A stretch of 63,894 nucleotides of DNA, counting the filler, from Kipferlia bialata (Eukaryota), in assembly GCA_003568945.1 (NCBI GenBank). It is 5 parts of 5 records of this genome, joined end to end, with 100 filler letters (N's around TTAATTAATTAA, not from the genome) between each part and the next. Parts side by side here need not be neighbours in the genome. Positions count along the whole stretch, not along the records: positions 50,786 to 59,314 come from BDIP01000583.1; positions 59,415 to 63,894 come from BDIP01000652.1; 3 more parts are not named here. The stretch is one strand, 5' to 3'. This document shows positions 53,703-63,894 of this stretch, in pieces (the first letter of the stretch is position 1; the number at the start of each line of letters is the position of its first letter). The notes below the pieces were generated by a model that searched no databases, was not told where the DNA came from, and saw only the letters and a program-made list of their open reading frames with translations. Both the position numbers and the translations under genes were made by a program.

Positions 53703-55969
53703 AATGACTGACATGTCATAGGAGACCGTGCCCACGTGCTAGGGGGATACGCCAACCAGGCTCTCTCTCTCTCTCTCTGATCCTAGTGCCCCGACAAGTC
53801 TCTCTCTCTCTATCTCTCTCTCTGATTCTAGTAACCCCGACCAGTATCTTTCCCTCTCTCCCTCTCTCTCTCGCTCTCTCTCTCTCTCTGACCCTAGCCA
53901 CCCCGACCAGTATCTTTCCCTCTCCCTCCCTCCCTCTCTCTCTATCTCTCTCTCTGACCCTAGCCACCCCGACCAGTCCATGCACATATCCTTCTCAGAG
54001 ACTGAGGGGTGGTCCAAGGAGACAGCGGCTCCATTTCAGGTGACATATATGTATGTATGTATATGTACTCAATACTCTAGGTATCTGCTGCCATGGAGGC
54101 CACAGTCTCCGGTATGTGTTAGCTATCTAGTATAGAGTATGTATACTCCCTTCTATATACTATGGCCACTGTCTCCTGTGGATCCTTGAATAACTGTCCA
54201 AGGAGACAGCGGCTCCATTTCAGGTGACATATAGATGTATTCACACACACACACACACACACACTGGTTCTCTCTCTCTCTCTATGTCAGTCCCCCGCCC
54301 TTCCGCTTCATTGTGCATCCACCCTTGTTCATTCATATATTCTTTCCCACTGTTCTGTACACGGTGTCTTCTACCCGGTGTCTTCTACACGGTGTCTTCT
54401 ACACGGTGTCTTCTACACGGTGTCTTCTACTCCATGGCTACACATGCTGGCGGTGTCTCCCATGATATCTCTCTCTATATACACACCGTCTTACCCACGT
54501 TCACTACTTCTCTCTGTGGCTCTCCCTTTTGTCTCACATACCGTTTATACTAGCTGTCTTACCTCAGCTGACCCATGCTGCAGCAGTCCCCGTTGGTACT
54601 GACATTCTCGTATTGGGCGGGATGGGAGGCGGTATGGGAGGCGGTATGAGAGGCGGGATATACGGCGGGATGGTAGGCGGGATGGGAAACCGGATGGGAG
54701 GGATGGGAGCCGGGATGAGAGGCGGGATGAGAGGCGGGATGGGAGGCGGGATGGGCATGGGTACTGGTCCTGCCAAGGTATCACCAGCCATACGCCCATG
54801 ACACCCTGACCAAAGAGTCTCTCTCCCTCTCTCTTCCTCTCGCCCTCTCCCCCTCTCTCTGACCCTAGGGCCATGTCTATGACACCCTCAGGAAGCGGTG
54901 GAGAGAGGGTCCTGACCTGCCAGTCGCTGCCAACAGGGCAAGGTGTGATATTTACTATACATACTATATACTATACACTAAGTACTATATACTGGATACT
55001 ATATACTATATACTATATTTTATGTATATCGCGTGTCCGCCAACCGAGTAAGGTACGGATATGTTTATTATGATAAATTTGTATATATGTGAATATCTAT
55101 TTGCATATATATACTATATATATGTGTGTACAATTTGGTGGACTCCTGCTATCCTCATCTTCCATATGTCTCTCTCTTGACCTCTTTTGACCTCTCTTGA
55201 CCTCTCTTGACCTCATCCACAGCGCATGCTACCTCAGCCCAGACAAGATCCTCCTTTACAGCGACAAGGGAACCGTGTTGGGCCAGCTCCCGCTGAGTGG
55301 AGAGGCGAAGGCGGAGGCGGAGAGGTGGGAGAGAGAGAAGCAACTGGCCGAGCGTGCCGTGGAGCTCGAGGGGGAGACACGCATCCTCCACTCCCTCCTG
55401 GCCGGTGCTGCCATAGACCCCGCCTCCATCGCCTCCTCCCCCCTCACCACCGCTGTACTGCCGCACCTTGTGGCTAGGTATCAGTATATAATATATATAG
55501 ATACTGATACTGATACTGATACTAGGGAGCAGGCCATGCAGGATAGGCTAGAGACGCTGGAGGAGGCAGGTATGCGTACCCAGGAGGTTGTACAGGCACA
55601 CGCCGCAGAGCTGCGTCGCCTTGCCTCAGGGGTAGACGCGATGAAGCGTGCCAGGTTGAATGCAGAGAGTCAGAAGAACACCCACAGCAAGCTCTTTGTG
55701 TCGTACACACATGCTCGTCGGTATGGTATATGTATATGTATATATGTATATAAATATCAATATATATATGTGTGTGTGTATTCTCTGTGACTGCTATTCC
55801 ACTTCTTTCCCATTCTGTCATCTCTCCCTCTCAATATCCATAATACCCCTCTGCTTCCCTTCCCTTCACGTCAGTATGAGTTTGTGTGTTTCTGTCTCTA
55901 TGGAGTGATGTCATTGTGTTCCTATGTCATGGTACTCTTGTATCCCCCCATTCATGTAGCCATGTCCTT

Positions 55970-56003
<34 letters not shown>

Positions 56004-58453
56004 TATACATTCGTCCCCTTATCCATATATGTTTGCATTATTGTGGATTTCCTGCCGGTCTCCCGAGTGTGTCTCATCTCCAGCCTCACACTGCAGGCCC
56101 TTACACAGAGGGCCAGGGCATTTGACGTATCAGGTGGGACACATTGTTACATATAGATATGCGTGTAAACATATATGTTGGTTGTTAGTATGTGAGAGGC
56201 CTTTTGTACTTATACGGTCACCAGCGTGCTATAGTTAGTGCATATTATGCCACAGTTTACTGTCCTGATCCCTAGCTCTTACCGCTTGCATGGATCCACT
56301 GCCCACCGCGGATCAGGTACAGACGGTGTCACGCCAGGTACGTATTCTAGTGTGTTGGTGTGACGGTGAAAAATATCAGTATGTATATATGTCATTCATA
56401 TATAAACCATGTAGTATGGCATTGACTACCCACCTTTCAATAGTCTCTCTTACACTATAGCTGAGTGATGTATATAAGTAATTTTGCTCTTTGTATACTG
56501 GCATGTATGTCATTGATATATCAGGCGTGTAGTCTGGCATTTTCTTTTCAATTTAGTTGATTGACCACCCCCCTTCCGATAGTGTATTTTACACTATAGC
56601 TGAGTGAAGTGTATTTAACCACCAATATACCTCTCTGACCTCCTAGAAGGATGCCCTGATGCAGTTCCTGCATGAGCACCCAGTGGACAAGGTACCTCTC
56701 CCCCCCCATCTCTCTCTCTCTGCTATGCCGACGTGTACCCGCCTTATGTCTTCTGAAGGTGTTCATACGCTCCACAACCCATCCACTCAGAGGACTAGGT
56801 GTATGTATATCTCCCTCTCCCTACCCCCCTCTCTCTCTCTCCCTTCAGGTTGTGCCTGCTGACTACTCCTCCCTCCACTCCGCACTCTCTGCCCTCTACA
56901 CACCCTTCTCTGCCGGGGTAACCGCCCTGTTCCCACCTGACCTCGACATCTCGGTGGTAGAGGACGCAGCAGACCTGCTGCGGGAGATCGACGGCGTTCG
57001 TCTCATCCCCCTACCCCACAGCATAGAGGGTCTCTCTCTCGACGACAAGTGCAAGAACTTTGAGGCCGAGGCATACAACGAGGAGGTTGGTCTCAATGTG
57101 GATGTATTGAACCATGTATATATGTATTCAAACACGTACACTTATATCCAGGTCAGAGATCTCTACAGGGTGGCCGGTCCTGTCTTGGAGTGCGGAAACA
57201 GGATCAATGAGTGCATTAGTGGTGCTTCTCAACAGAAGGAGATGAAGCAGGTATGGCTGCCGTGTATAGCCTCATGATAAATGTCTCTTACATGTATACG
57301 ACAAGTGTATCCCTGTACCAATCTGAACCCTAGGCTGAGGCTGCAGCCAGCGCTCTCCTATCAAGGCTGGCAGCCCACACACCGACAGAGATACAGGGAG
57401 AGAGAGAGAGAGAGAGAGAGGTGCAAGTCCACACCCAGCCTGAGGTGATGACAAATGTCCCTGGGTGGGGGGTACGTTTGTTAATTCATTTATGGTATAT
57501 ATCCCTTTCCGTTATCCAATATCCAGGGGACCGCTGTGGTGCCTCATGTACCCATGCAGAGTGGCGAGTGTGAACTACAGGCCGCATACAGCACCCTGTC
57601 CAAGAGAGTGCGTTGTACTTGGTATAAATAGCACTGTATTCACACTGTATGTATATATATGTAGATTCCATATATATGTAGATTCCATATATATGTATAT
57701 TCCATATATATGTATATATATGTATATTCCCACCAGTCTCACATCCCAGATGGCCTCTGAACAGCTGGCCACCCTGGCACAGACACACAAGCAGGTATTG
57801 ATCATAGATATGAAGTAGATAGATATAAAGTAGATAGATATAAAGTAGATAGATACGAATAGTAGATATGCCTCACAGACACACAAGCAGGTAGACATGC
57901 CTCTTCCCGTATGGTAGAGCCACATAGATATACCAGTTATCATTAACCATAGTTGACCCTCGATTTCGAGAAGGCAGAGGCACAGTACCGTGCGGACATC
58001 CGTGCTCTGAGCTCTCGCTACCTCCCCCTGTGCCCGAAGGTGTCTGCCATAGAGTCCTTCGAGGCCAGGCTACTTATGACCCCAGGCGGAGAGAACTTCA
58101 CCCTGGAGGAGGATGGATGGGGGGGGAACAACCAGCTGGTGTACCAGGGTCACTCGGAGGTCGACCCAGGGTATTTCAGACTGGAAGGAATGGACGACGA
58201 CCGCTATTCCTACCAACACTCGTGTGAACACAACGACGAACGGGACTATAGGTCCACAATCATCGTGACACTGCACCCTGAAGGCAAGAAGAAGAAGGCA
58301 CCAACCGTGTCAGGTATAGTATGTGTGTATGTAGGTATAGTATGATTGTATAAATCTAGCTATCTCATTGTACAGCCCCTTAATCCAGGCAGAAACAGGT
58401 GGGGGAGGGGAGGCGGGTTCGGGATGTCAGGTGGGATGGGGGGCGGGGTGTGA
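52075..58453 (+). CDS. Kelch-repeat plus coiled-coil protein with a GGM-rich loop insertion
   Basis: ATG at 52075. Kelch blades RIGDCVYVFGG..LYCY..DQTW, ARMGHCAFTLGGMLYISGG..WQFNPDTE, HSACTVIGDRAHMIGG and HAAAVPVGTDILVLGG..VYDTLRKRW. Then a coiled coil and a C-terminal domain ending GGMGGGV-TGA at 58453. Confidence 0.75.
53596..53628. other. Internal scaffold gap
   Basis: 33 N without the TTAA linker, with the same ATATGTGTATGCATACATATAC on both sides. Confidence 0.9.
54358..54431. repeat. 14-bp minisatellite (CTACACGGTGTCTT) x~5 in an intron
   Basis: Near-perfect tandem copies. Confidence 0.9.
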
Positions 58454-59314
58454 GTGATGGGACGATGCGCAAGGTGTGCCGACATCAACGTTTGATCGTG
58501 ATATGGAAGGTACACTCCCACTCGGGGTGTCAATCGGGATAGCGAATGACGGAGTGGTTCTGGATCCACTTTGTAATCGGAAGAATATATCGGTTTCTGA
58601 AAGTCGTGGTGAGAATACTTTTCTCGTGCTTTTAACGTTGCCCGCAACGCATTTGAAACAGTCCCAATTATCCATATACCCTTGCACTCGTCAGAAGAGT
58701 CGTCATTGCATACTGTAACAATGAAGCAATGTGCACATTGCGCACAATCCACTTCATATCCAATGTATCCCCTCTTTAAAAGGTAGAGAACAAAAGGCCT
58801 TTTGTTCTCTATTTTCTGTGGACCACATAGTGCATGATCTTCTGTACCAACGTCAGAAAGAGATGGGGTTGTGTGCTGTGGTTCATGGGTGGTAGTTCCA
58901 ATATGGAGGAAGTGGTACAAGTATCATTTGAGTCTACACGATCATGAATTGACTGGACCCTTATATGAACACTGTGAACCACAAATGAGAATTATCTTTC
59001 GAAGCGTGATAGTGACTGTGCACCATCCTATGGGCAAAAACCGAGATGGCCTGGCCACCCTTGTGGTGTGGTTGGTCATTGCCTCGTGGATATATGGGTA
59101 CTTCTCGATAGAGGTATCATTATGTGTGTCGCTCAATATGCATAGTACTGTGCTGTTGCTCTTGTAGACTATGTTTCATTCCCCCCTCAGCAAAGCAAGT
59201 TGTCTTCTGTGGCTTTGGACCACAATATGTACCACAATATGTATATATGTGTATGGTGTTGCCCATGATACATCCCCCCCCCCCCCCCCCGCCCCCCCCC
59301 CTCTCCCCCTCCCC

Positions 59315-59414
59315 NNNNNNNNNNNNNNNNNNNNNNNNNNNNNNNNNNNNNNNNNNNNTTAATTAATTAANNNNNNNNNNNNNNNNNNNNNNNNNNNNNN
59401 NNNNNNNNNNNNNN
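59315..59414. other. Artificial contig-joining spacer
   Basis: N44 + TTAATTAATTAA + N44. Confidence 0.97.
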
Positions 59415-59463
<49 letters not shown>

Positions 59464-59571
59464 GAGGTAGTGTGGGGAGTATACGGGTTGGTATAACACA
59501 CTGAGTGTCTGATAGTTAGAGAGAGAGAGATAGAGAGAGAGACTCTCCTAAGCAATCACACCGATTATCAG

Positions 59572-59841
59572 TTAGAGGTCATGCAGGAGAGGGATATAAT
59601 CCATACATACCCGATCTAGATACGCTGCCGGCCCCTCCCCCTCCCTCTGGTCCTGTATCTTGTGCTTGAGATGCTTCTGCTTCCAGTTGTACCGGGCCTT
59701 GTATGCCATTAAGAATGGGAACAAGACAACGGTGCCAACATAGACAAACCACGGGATGGGCTTCACTGGCCCTTGGTGCTCAGGGGCATTGGCCTCTGCC
59801 TCAGGTTCAGGGTTGTCGTCGGGGTGGCGGTTGTCCTCCAT
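59572..59841 (-). CDS. Small single-pass membrane protein (89 aa)
   Basis: ATG at 59841, acidic N-terminus, hydrophobic IPWFVYVGTVVLFPFLMAY, then basic KARYNWKQKHLKHK. Confidence 0.55.
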   Translation of the reverse strand: MEDNRHPDDNPEPEAEANAPEHQGPVKPIPWFVYVGTVVLFPFLMAYKARYNWKQKHLKHKIQDQREGEGPAAYLDRVCMDYIPLLHDL

Positions 59842-60306
59842 TGTATGTGGGTGGAGCGAGTGATTCCGGACTCGATGAGGGAAACGCAAAAGAATCTATT
59901 GCTCCAGTCTGGAAACGCAAAAGGGTGTGACAAAGAAAACTCGGTTTTGCGGTTTGCACAAGTGCAAACTTGCACCGCAAAGCAAAGCTTGGTACCACTA
60001 GATCTACTACCAGGCCTTGTAGGACATTCACACTTGGTTGTCTTCTTCTCCACCGTCCTCGGTCTAGAAGGTCTATACGTTATACCCCAACCACATCAAG
60101 ATCCCCAGAATGGATATTCAGTCTGACAACAACATTTACTCATATACTATACATATCACACAGTGACACTCCTTAGTGTCTGGGATACCAATGACAGAGA
60201 GTCTCTCTCTCTCTCTCGGTCTCTTTCTCTGTTTTAGACATAACAACGGCCCTAAAGACCAAAGGCAAAGACAACTCAACAGACAACCCATAAAGGGGTG
60301 CGCATT

Positions 60307-60340
<34 letters not shown>

Positions 60341-60362
60341 ACACTTCTTCTTCTAACAGTGC

Positions 60363-63300
60363 TTACAGAGCCACAGTCACTCCCTCCAGCCTCTCAAAGG
60401 CCTGGGCAACACCAGCCTTGTCGGCCTCAGACAGCCTGGGGTGAGAACACATAGCATATACTATTACTAGAAAGAGTACATTCGAAAACATATACACCAT
60501 CCATAGATACACAATACATCGATATAGATGAGTTGCATGTTAAACGTACTTGTTGGATGCGAGTCCGAGGTACTTGAGAGCGTGTCCGGCCTCGGCCTCA
60601 GTCAGGACAGGCAGCACAGACTGCACACCTGGGGGTTAGAGTATATTATACTACACTACATATATACATAGAATACCATATATAGAGAGATAAAGAGAGA
60701 TACATCACAGTAGGTATGTTTGTATGTACGCCCCCTTGACTCACACCCCGCATGTGTTGCAGGATAGGGACAGGGCGGGTGTATATCTATCTATCTATAT
60801 ACATATATATCTATATATATATGTACATACCCTTGACTGACACCCCGCATGTGTTGCATGACAGGGACAGGGCAGGTGTGTTCTCTGGTCTAGGGGATGC
60901 CACCAGGGCAGTCACTAGGGACAGCAGACCGGCATCGCCCAGCTTGTTGCCAGAGATGTCGACACGGAGCTCGGTCTCAGCGGAGCCCTAGGGTGAGGTA
61001 TATATATAGAAGGAGAGAGAGAGAGAGAGAGATGTCGACACGGAGCTCGGCCTCAGCGGAGCCCTAGGGTGAGGTATATAAATAGAAGGAGAGAGAGAGA
61101 GAGAGAGATGTCGACACGGAGCTCGGCCGCAGCAGAGCCCTTGGTGTCAGAGAGAGAGAGGGACACATATATACATACTAATATTCATACTGATATATAT
61201 ATACCTCTCTTGAGTGCCTCCTCGACAACTGTCTGACATCTATGCACACACCAATATATATATATATAACATACATAACTATACAAATATGACTATGTGT
61301 CTTACATATATAACTATATATAACTATATATATTGATATACCTCTCTCTTGAGTGCCTCCTCGACCACAGTCAGACACCAATACATACACCAATTTACAC
61401 AAATATATATATATATCCAATATATATATCTACTTAAGTACTACCAACCTCTCTCTTGAGTGCCTCCTCGACCACTGTCAGGGCAGTGGCAGGGGACAGA
61501 CTGCACTCTGGGGGGTGAGCTACTAATACACACACACATATATATGTCCCAGTAATACATTACTATATTGATACTGATACTGAGTGGCAGGGAACAGACT
61601 GCACTCTGGGGGGTGAGGATACATAAATATATGTAGAAAATAGAGAGTATACTGCATTTGTACATAGATACAGAAGATTATGCAGTACCTGACAGTACAA
61701 GAGTGTCAAGGGCAGGGCATGCACCCACAAGGGCAGCCACACCAGCGGGGGCGGTCTTGGCCTAGAGGTGTAAGGATACTACAATATATATATATATAGA
61801 GAGAGAGAGAGAAAGAGGGAGATGGAGAGAGAGACTGTACCTTGAGGGGGATCTGGCCGATGTCAAGGTGCCTCAGACGGCAGAGACCCTGGCCCTGGGG
61901 TGAGGTATTAGGTATTATATATATATGTCACACTAAGGAATTGAAAAATAATACATATAAATAAAGAGAGTGAGGGGGAGACAGTGAGGGAGAGCATACC
62001 TCAGGGCAGGATGCGAGTCCAGCTGCGAGTGCTGTCACCCCCTTGTGGGAGATGAGGTTGCCACGCAGGGACAGCCTCTCCAGGTGCGTCTGGCCTGGCA
62101 TGGGTATAACATATGGTATAGTACAGTAATATATGAAAGATATAAATGAGAGAGACTGGGAGTGAGGGAGAGACTGGGAGTGAGGGAGAGCCTCTCCAGG
62201 TGGGTCTGGCCTGGCATGGGTATATCATATGGTAAATATGCGTATGCTTGTGTGACAGAATGAGAGAGATCAAGAGACAGCTACAGCTTCTCCAGGTGGG
62301 CCTATAAGTGTACACGCATTTACTAACCTGACAGGAATGTGACGAGGTCTGCTGCGGCCTTGTCTCCCAGCCTGTTGTCGCCCAGGTCAAGGATGGAGAG
62401 CTGGACACCTGAAGGGTGAGGCATACACATAATATACAAGAATATAAAATGAAAGGTGTGAGAGCGTAGAGAGAGAGAGAGAGAGAGAGATCCGTACCGG
62501 CAGGGGGAGGGGGCCTGGATGGGGGGCACTCGGCGTCGGCCTCCACGTCCTCAGCCTCAGCCTCGGGCTTCGGGGTCTCGGCCTGGGGTATGATTATGAT
62601 CCGTAAAATTAATTACAAATACCGTCTCCATACTAACCTCGGGCTCGGCCTCAGGCTCAGTCTCTGTGAGAGAGGAGGCAGGGGGGACAGAGGCAATGGC
62701 CTGGGGTGAGGGGATACACAGTCACCAATTTATACATGTGTATATAACCTACAAGAAATAGTAAATAGTATCTCTTTTACACACCTGGAGCAGGCATGCG
62801 AGTCCCTTGTTGCCGAGGTCTGCGTTGGAGAGGTAGACCTCCCTCAGAGACACACAGCCAACGCCAGAGGTCAGGGCCTGGGTGTGAGAATGAGGATAGC
62901 AAAGAGAGGCCGCGCGAAAGGAAGAGGGAGAGCTACTTGTTTACCAACCTCGCCGATCTCTGTGGCTCCACTGTTGCTGATGAAGTTGCGTGTGAGGCAG
63001 AGGGTGGTGAGGGAGGGGGTCACGCAGGGGTGGGCAAGGATCCTAATGATAAGCAACATCAGTAAGACACATATCATATACATGTATACATTAACACACC
63101 TGCACAGCTGGGTGCATGCTGGGACGTCCATGAACCTCCAATACAACACATACACAAATATACCTACACTATGAACAATATGAAATGCGTAATTATTCAA
63201 TATACACTTGCATGTGTACCTGCAGAGCTGTGTGCATGCTGGGACGTCCATGAAGTTGCCAGCCAGGGAGATGCGCTCAATCTTGATGTCCTCGGTGAGA

Positions 63301-63722
63301 ACACGCACTGAGTGTCAGACAGTCATACATACTTGCAGATAGTGTCAAAAATAGTGGAGGAAGGAAATGCCAGGGAGATGCATAAACACATTTAGTAGTA
63401 CATACCTGGGGATGGGAGGAACACGCTGAGGGGTGTGCCGTTGCCGTAGTCGGGCTCCTTGGACTCAGACCTGGAGGGTGAGAAACAGAAATAGGAATCC
63501 GGAAATGTAATCAAATGGTGCTGTGCCCCACTATCCACCATAAATACTATATACCTTGGGATGACCCTGTAGCGGCATCCACCGACGGTGAGTGTCTCCT
63601 CTCCATCACCGTTGGTCAGAGACATGGCCTGGGGTGAGTACACAGACAGCATATATGAACAACAACGTGAATGCAAAGTCCTTGGGGACTGTGACTATAT
63701 ACTATATATGTAGATATACTAA

Positions 63723-63753
<31 letters not shown>

Positions 63754-63813
63754 CATACATACCTCCTCGAGTGCTGTGGCCAGGACTGCCAGCTGGGTGG
63801 TACGGACTCCACA
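60363..63813 (-). CDS. RI-like LRR protein, 5' incomplete
   Basis: Exons encode IERISLAGNFM, LTTLCLTRNFISNSGA, LSILDLGDNRLGDKAA, LERLSLRGNLISHKGV, VDISGNKLGDAG and LKYLGLASNKLSEAD..VTVAL, ending in TAA at 60365-60363. Confidence 0.8.
60952..61142. repeat. 76-bp tandem repeat (~2.5 copies) spanning a 3' splice site
   Basis: ATGTCGACACGGAGCTCGG recurs at 60956, 61032 and 61108. Each unit ends in a (GA)n run. Confidence 0.92.
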
Positions 63814-63894
63814 CTGAGAGGGTGAGATAGACACACACACACATACACAGAGAGAGAGAGTGGGGGGGGGGGGGGGGGGGCGCTGTATAAACCC

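Noticed and set aside
54616..54777. GroEL/Hsp70 gene call from the GGM repeats
   Set aside because: Flanking sequence is kelch, with no chaperone domains.
16840..59414. TTAATTAATTAA palindromes as a biological repeat, and gene clustering across them
   Set aside because: Identical N-flanked 100-bp linkers are assembly padding, so genes on different contigs are not neighbours.
59275..59462. Poly-C/poly-G inverted repeat or G-quadruplex
   Set aside because: The two homopolymers are ends of different contigs where the assembly broke.

Overview
Eukaryotic, intron-rich and microsatellite-rich (TA/GA/CA) DNA made of five separate contigs joined by artificial 100-bp spacers (N44-TTAATTAATTAA-N44 at 16840, 33773, 50686 and 59315). 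Adjacency across these spacers has no biological meaning. The branch point fused to the acceptor (CT[A/G/C]ACnnnnAG), the GEGERE-type coding runs and the kelch/LRR/FG-GAP genes suggest a fornicate protist such as Kipferlia bialata (inference only). Manual splicing gives about 12 genes: a MuDR/FAR1-like zinc-finger plus kelch fusion with a tandem paralog, a large unknown helical protein, a divergent SMC ATPase, a >3400-aa fibre-like beta-repeat protein, an Sfi1-like coiled-coil protein, a secreted FG-GAP propeller, a one-LRR-per-exon protein ending in CaaX, a kelch/coiled-coil protein, a second LRR protein and several small hypotheticals. The most striking signal is dozens of intronic half-exon 'echoes': acceptor plus 5' half upstream of the real exon, or 3' half plus donor downstream. 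In the pairs read by hand, their differences from the real exon are mostly synonymous, which decayed neutral copies would not be expected to show.
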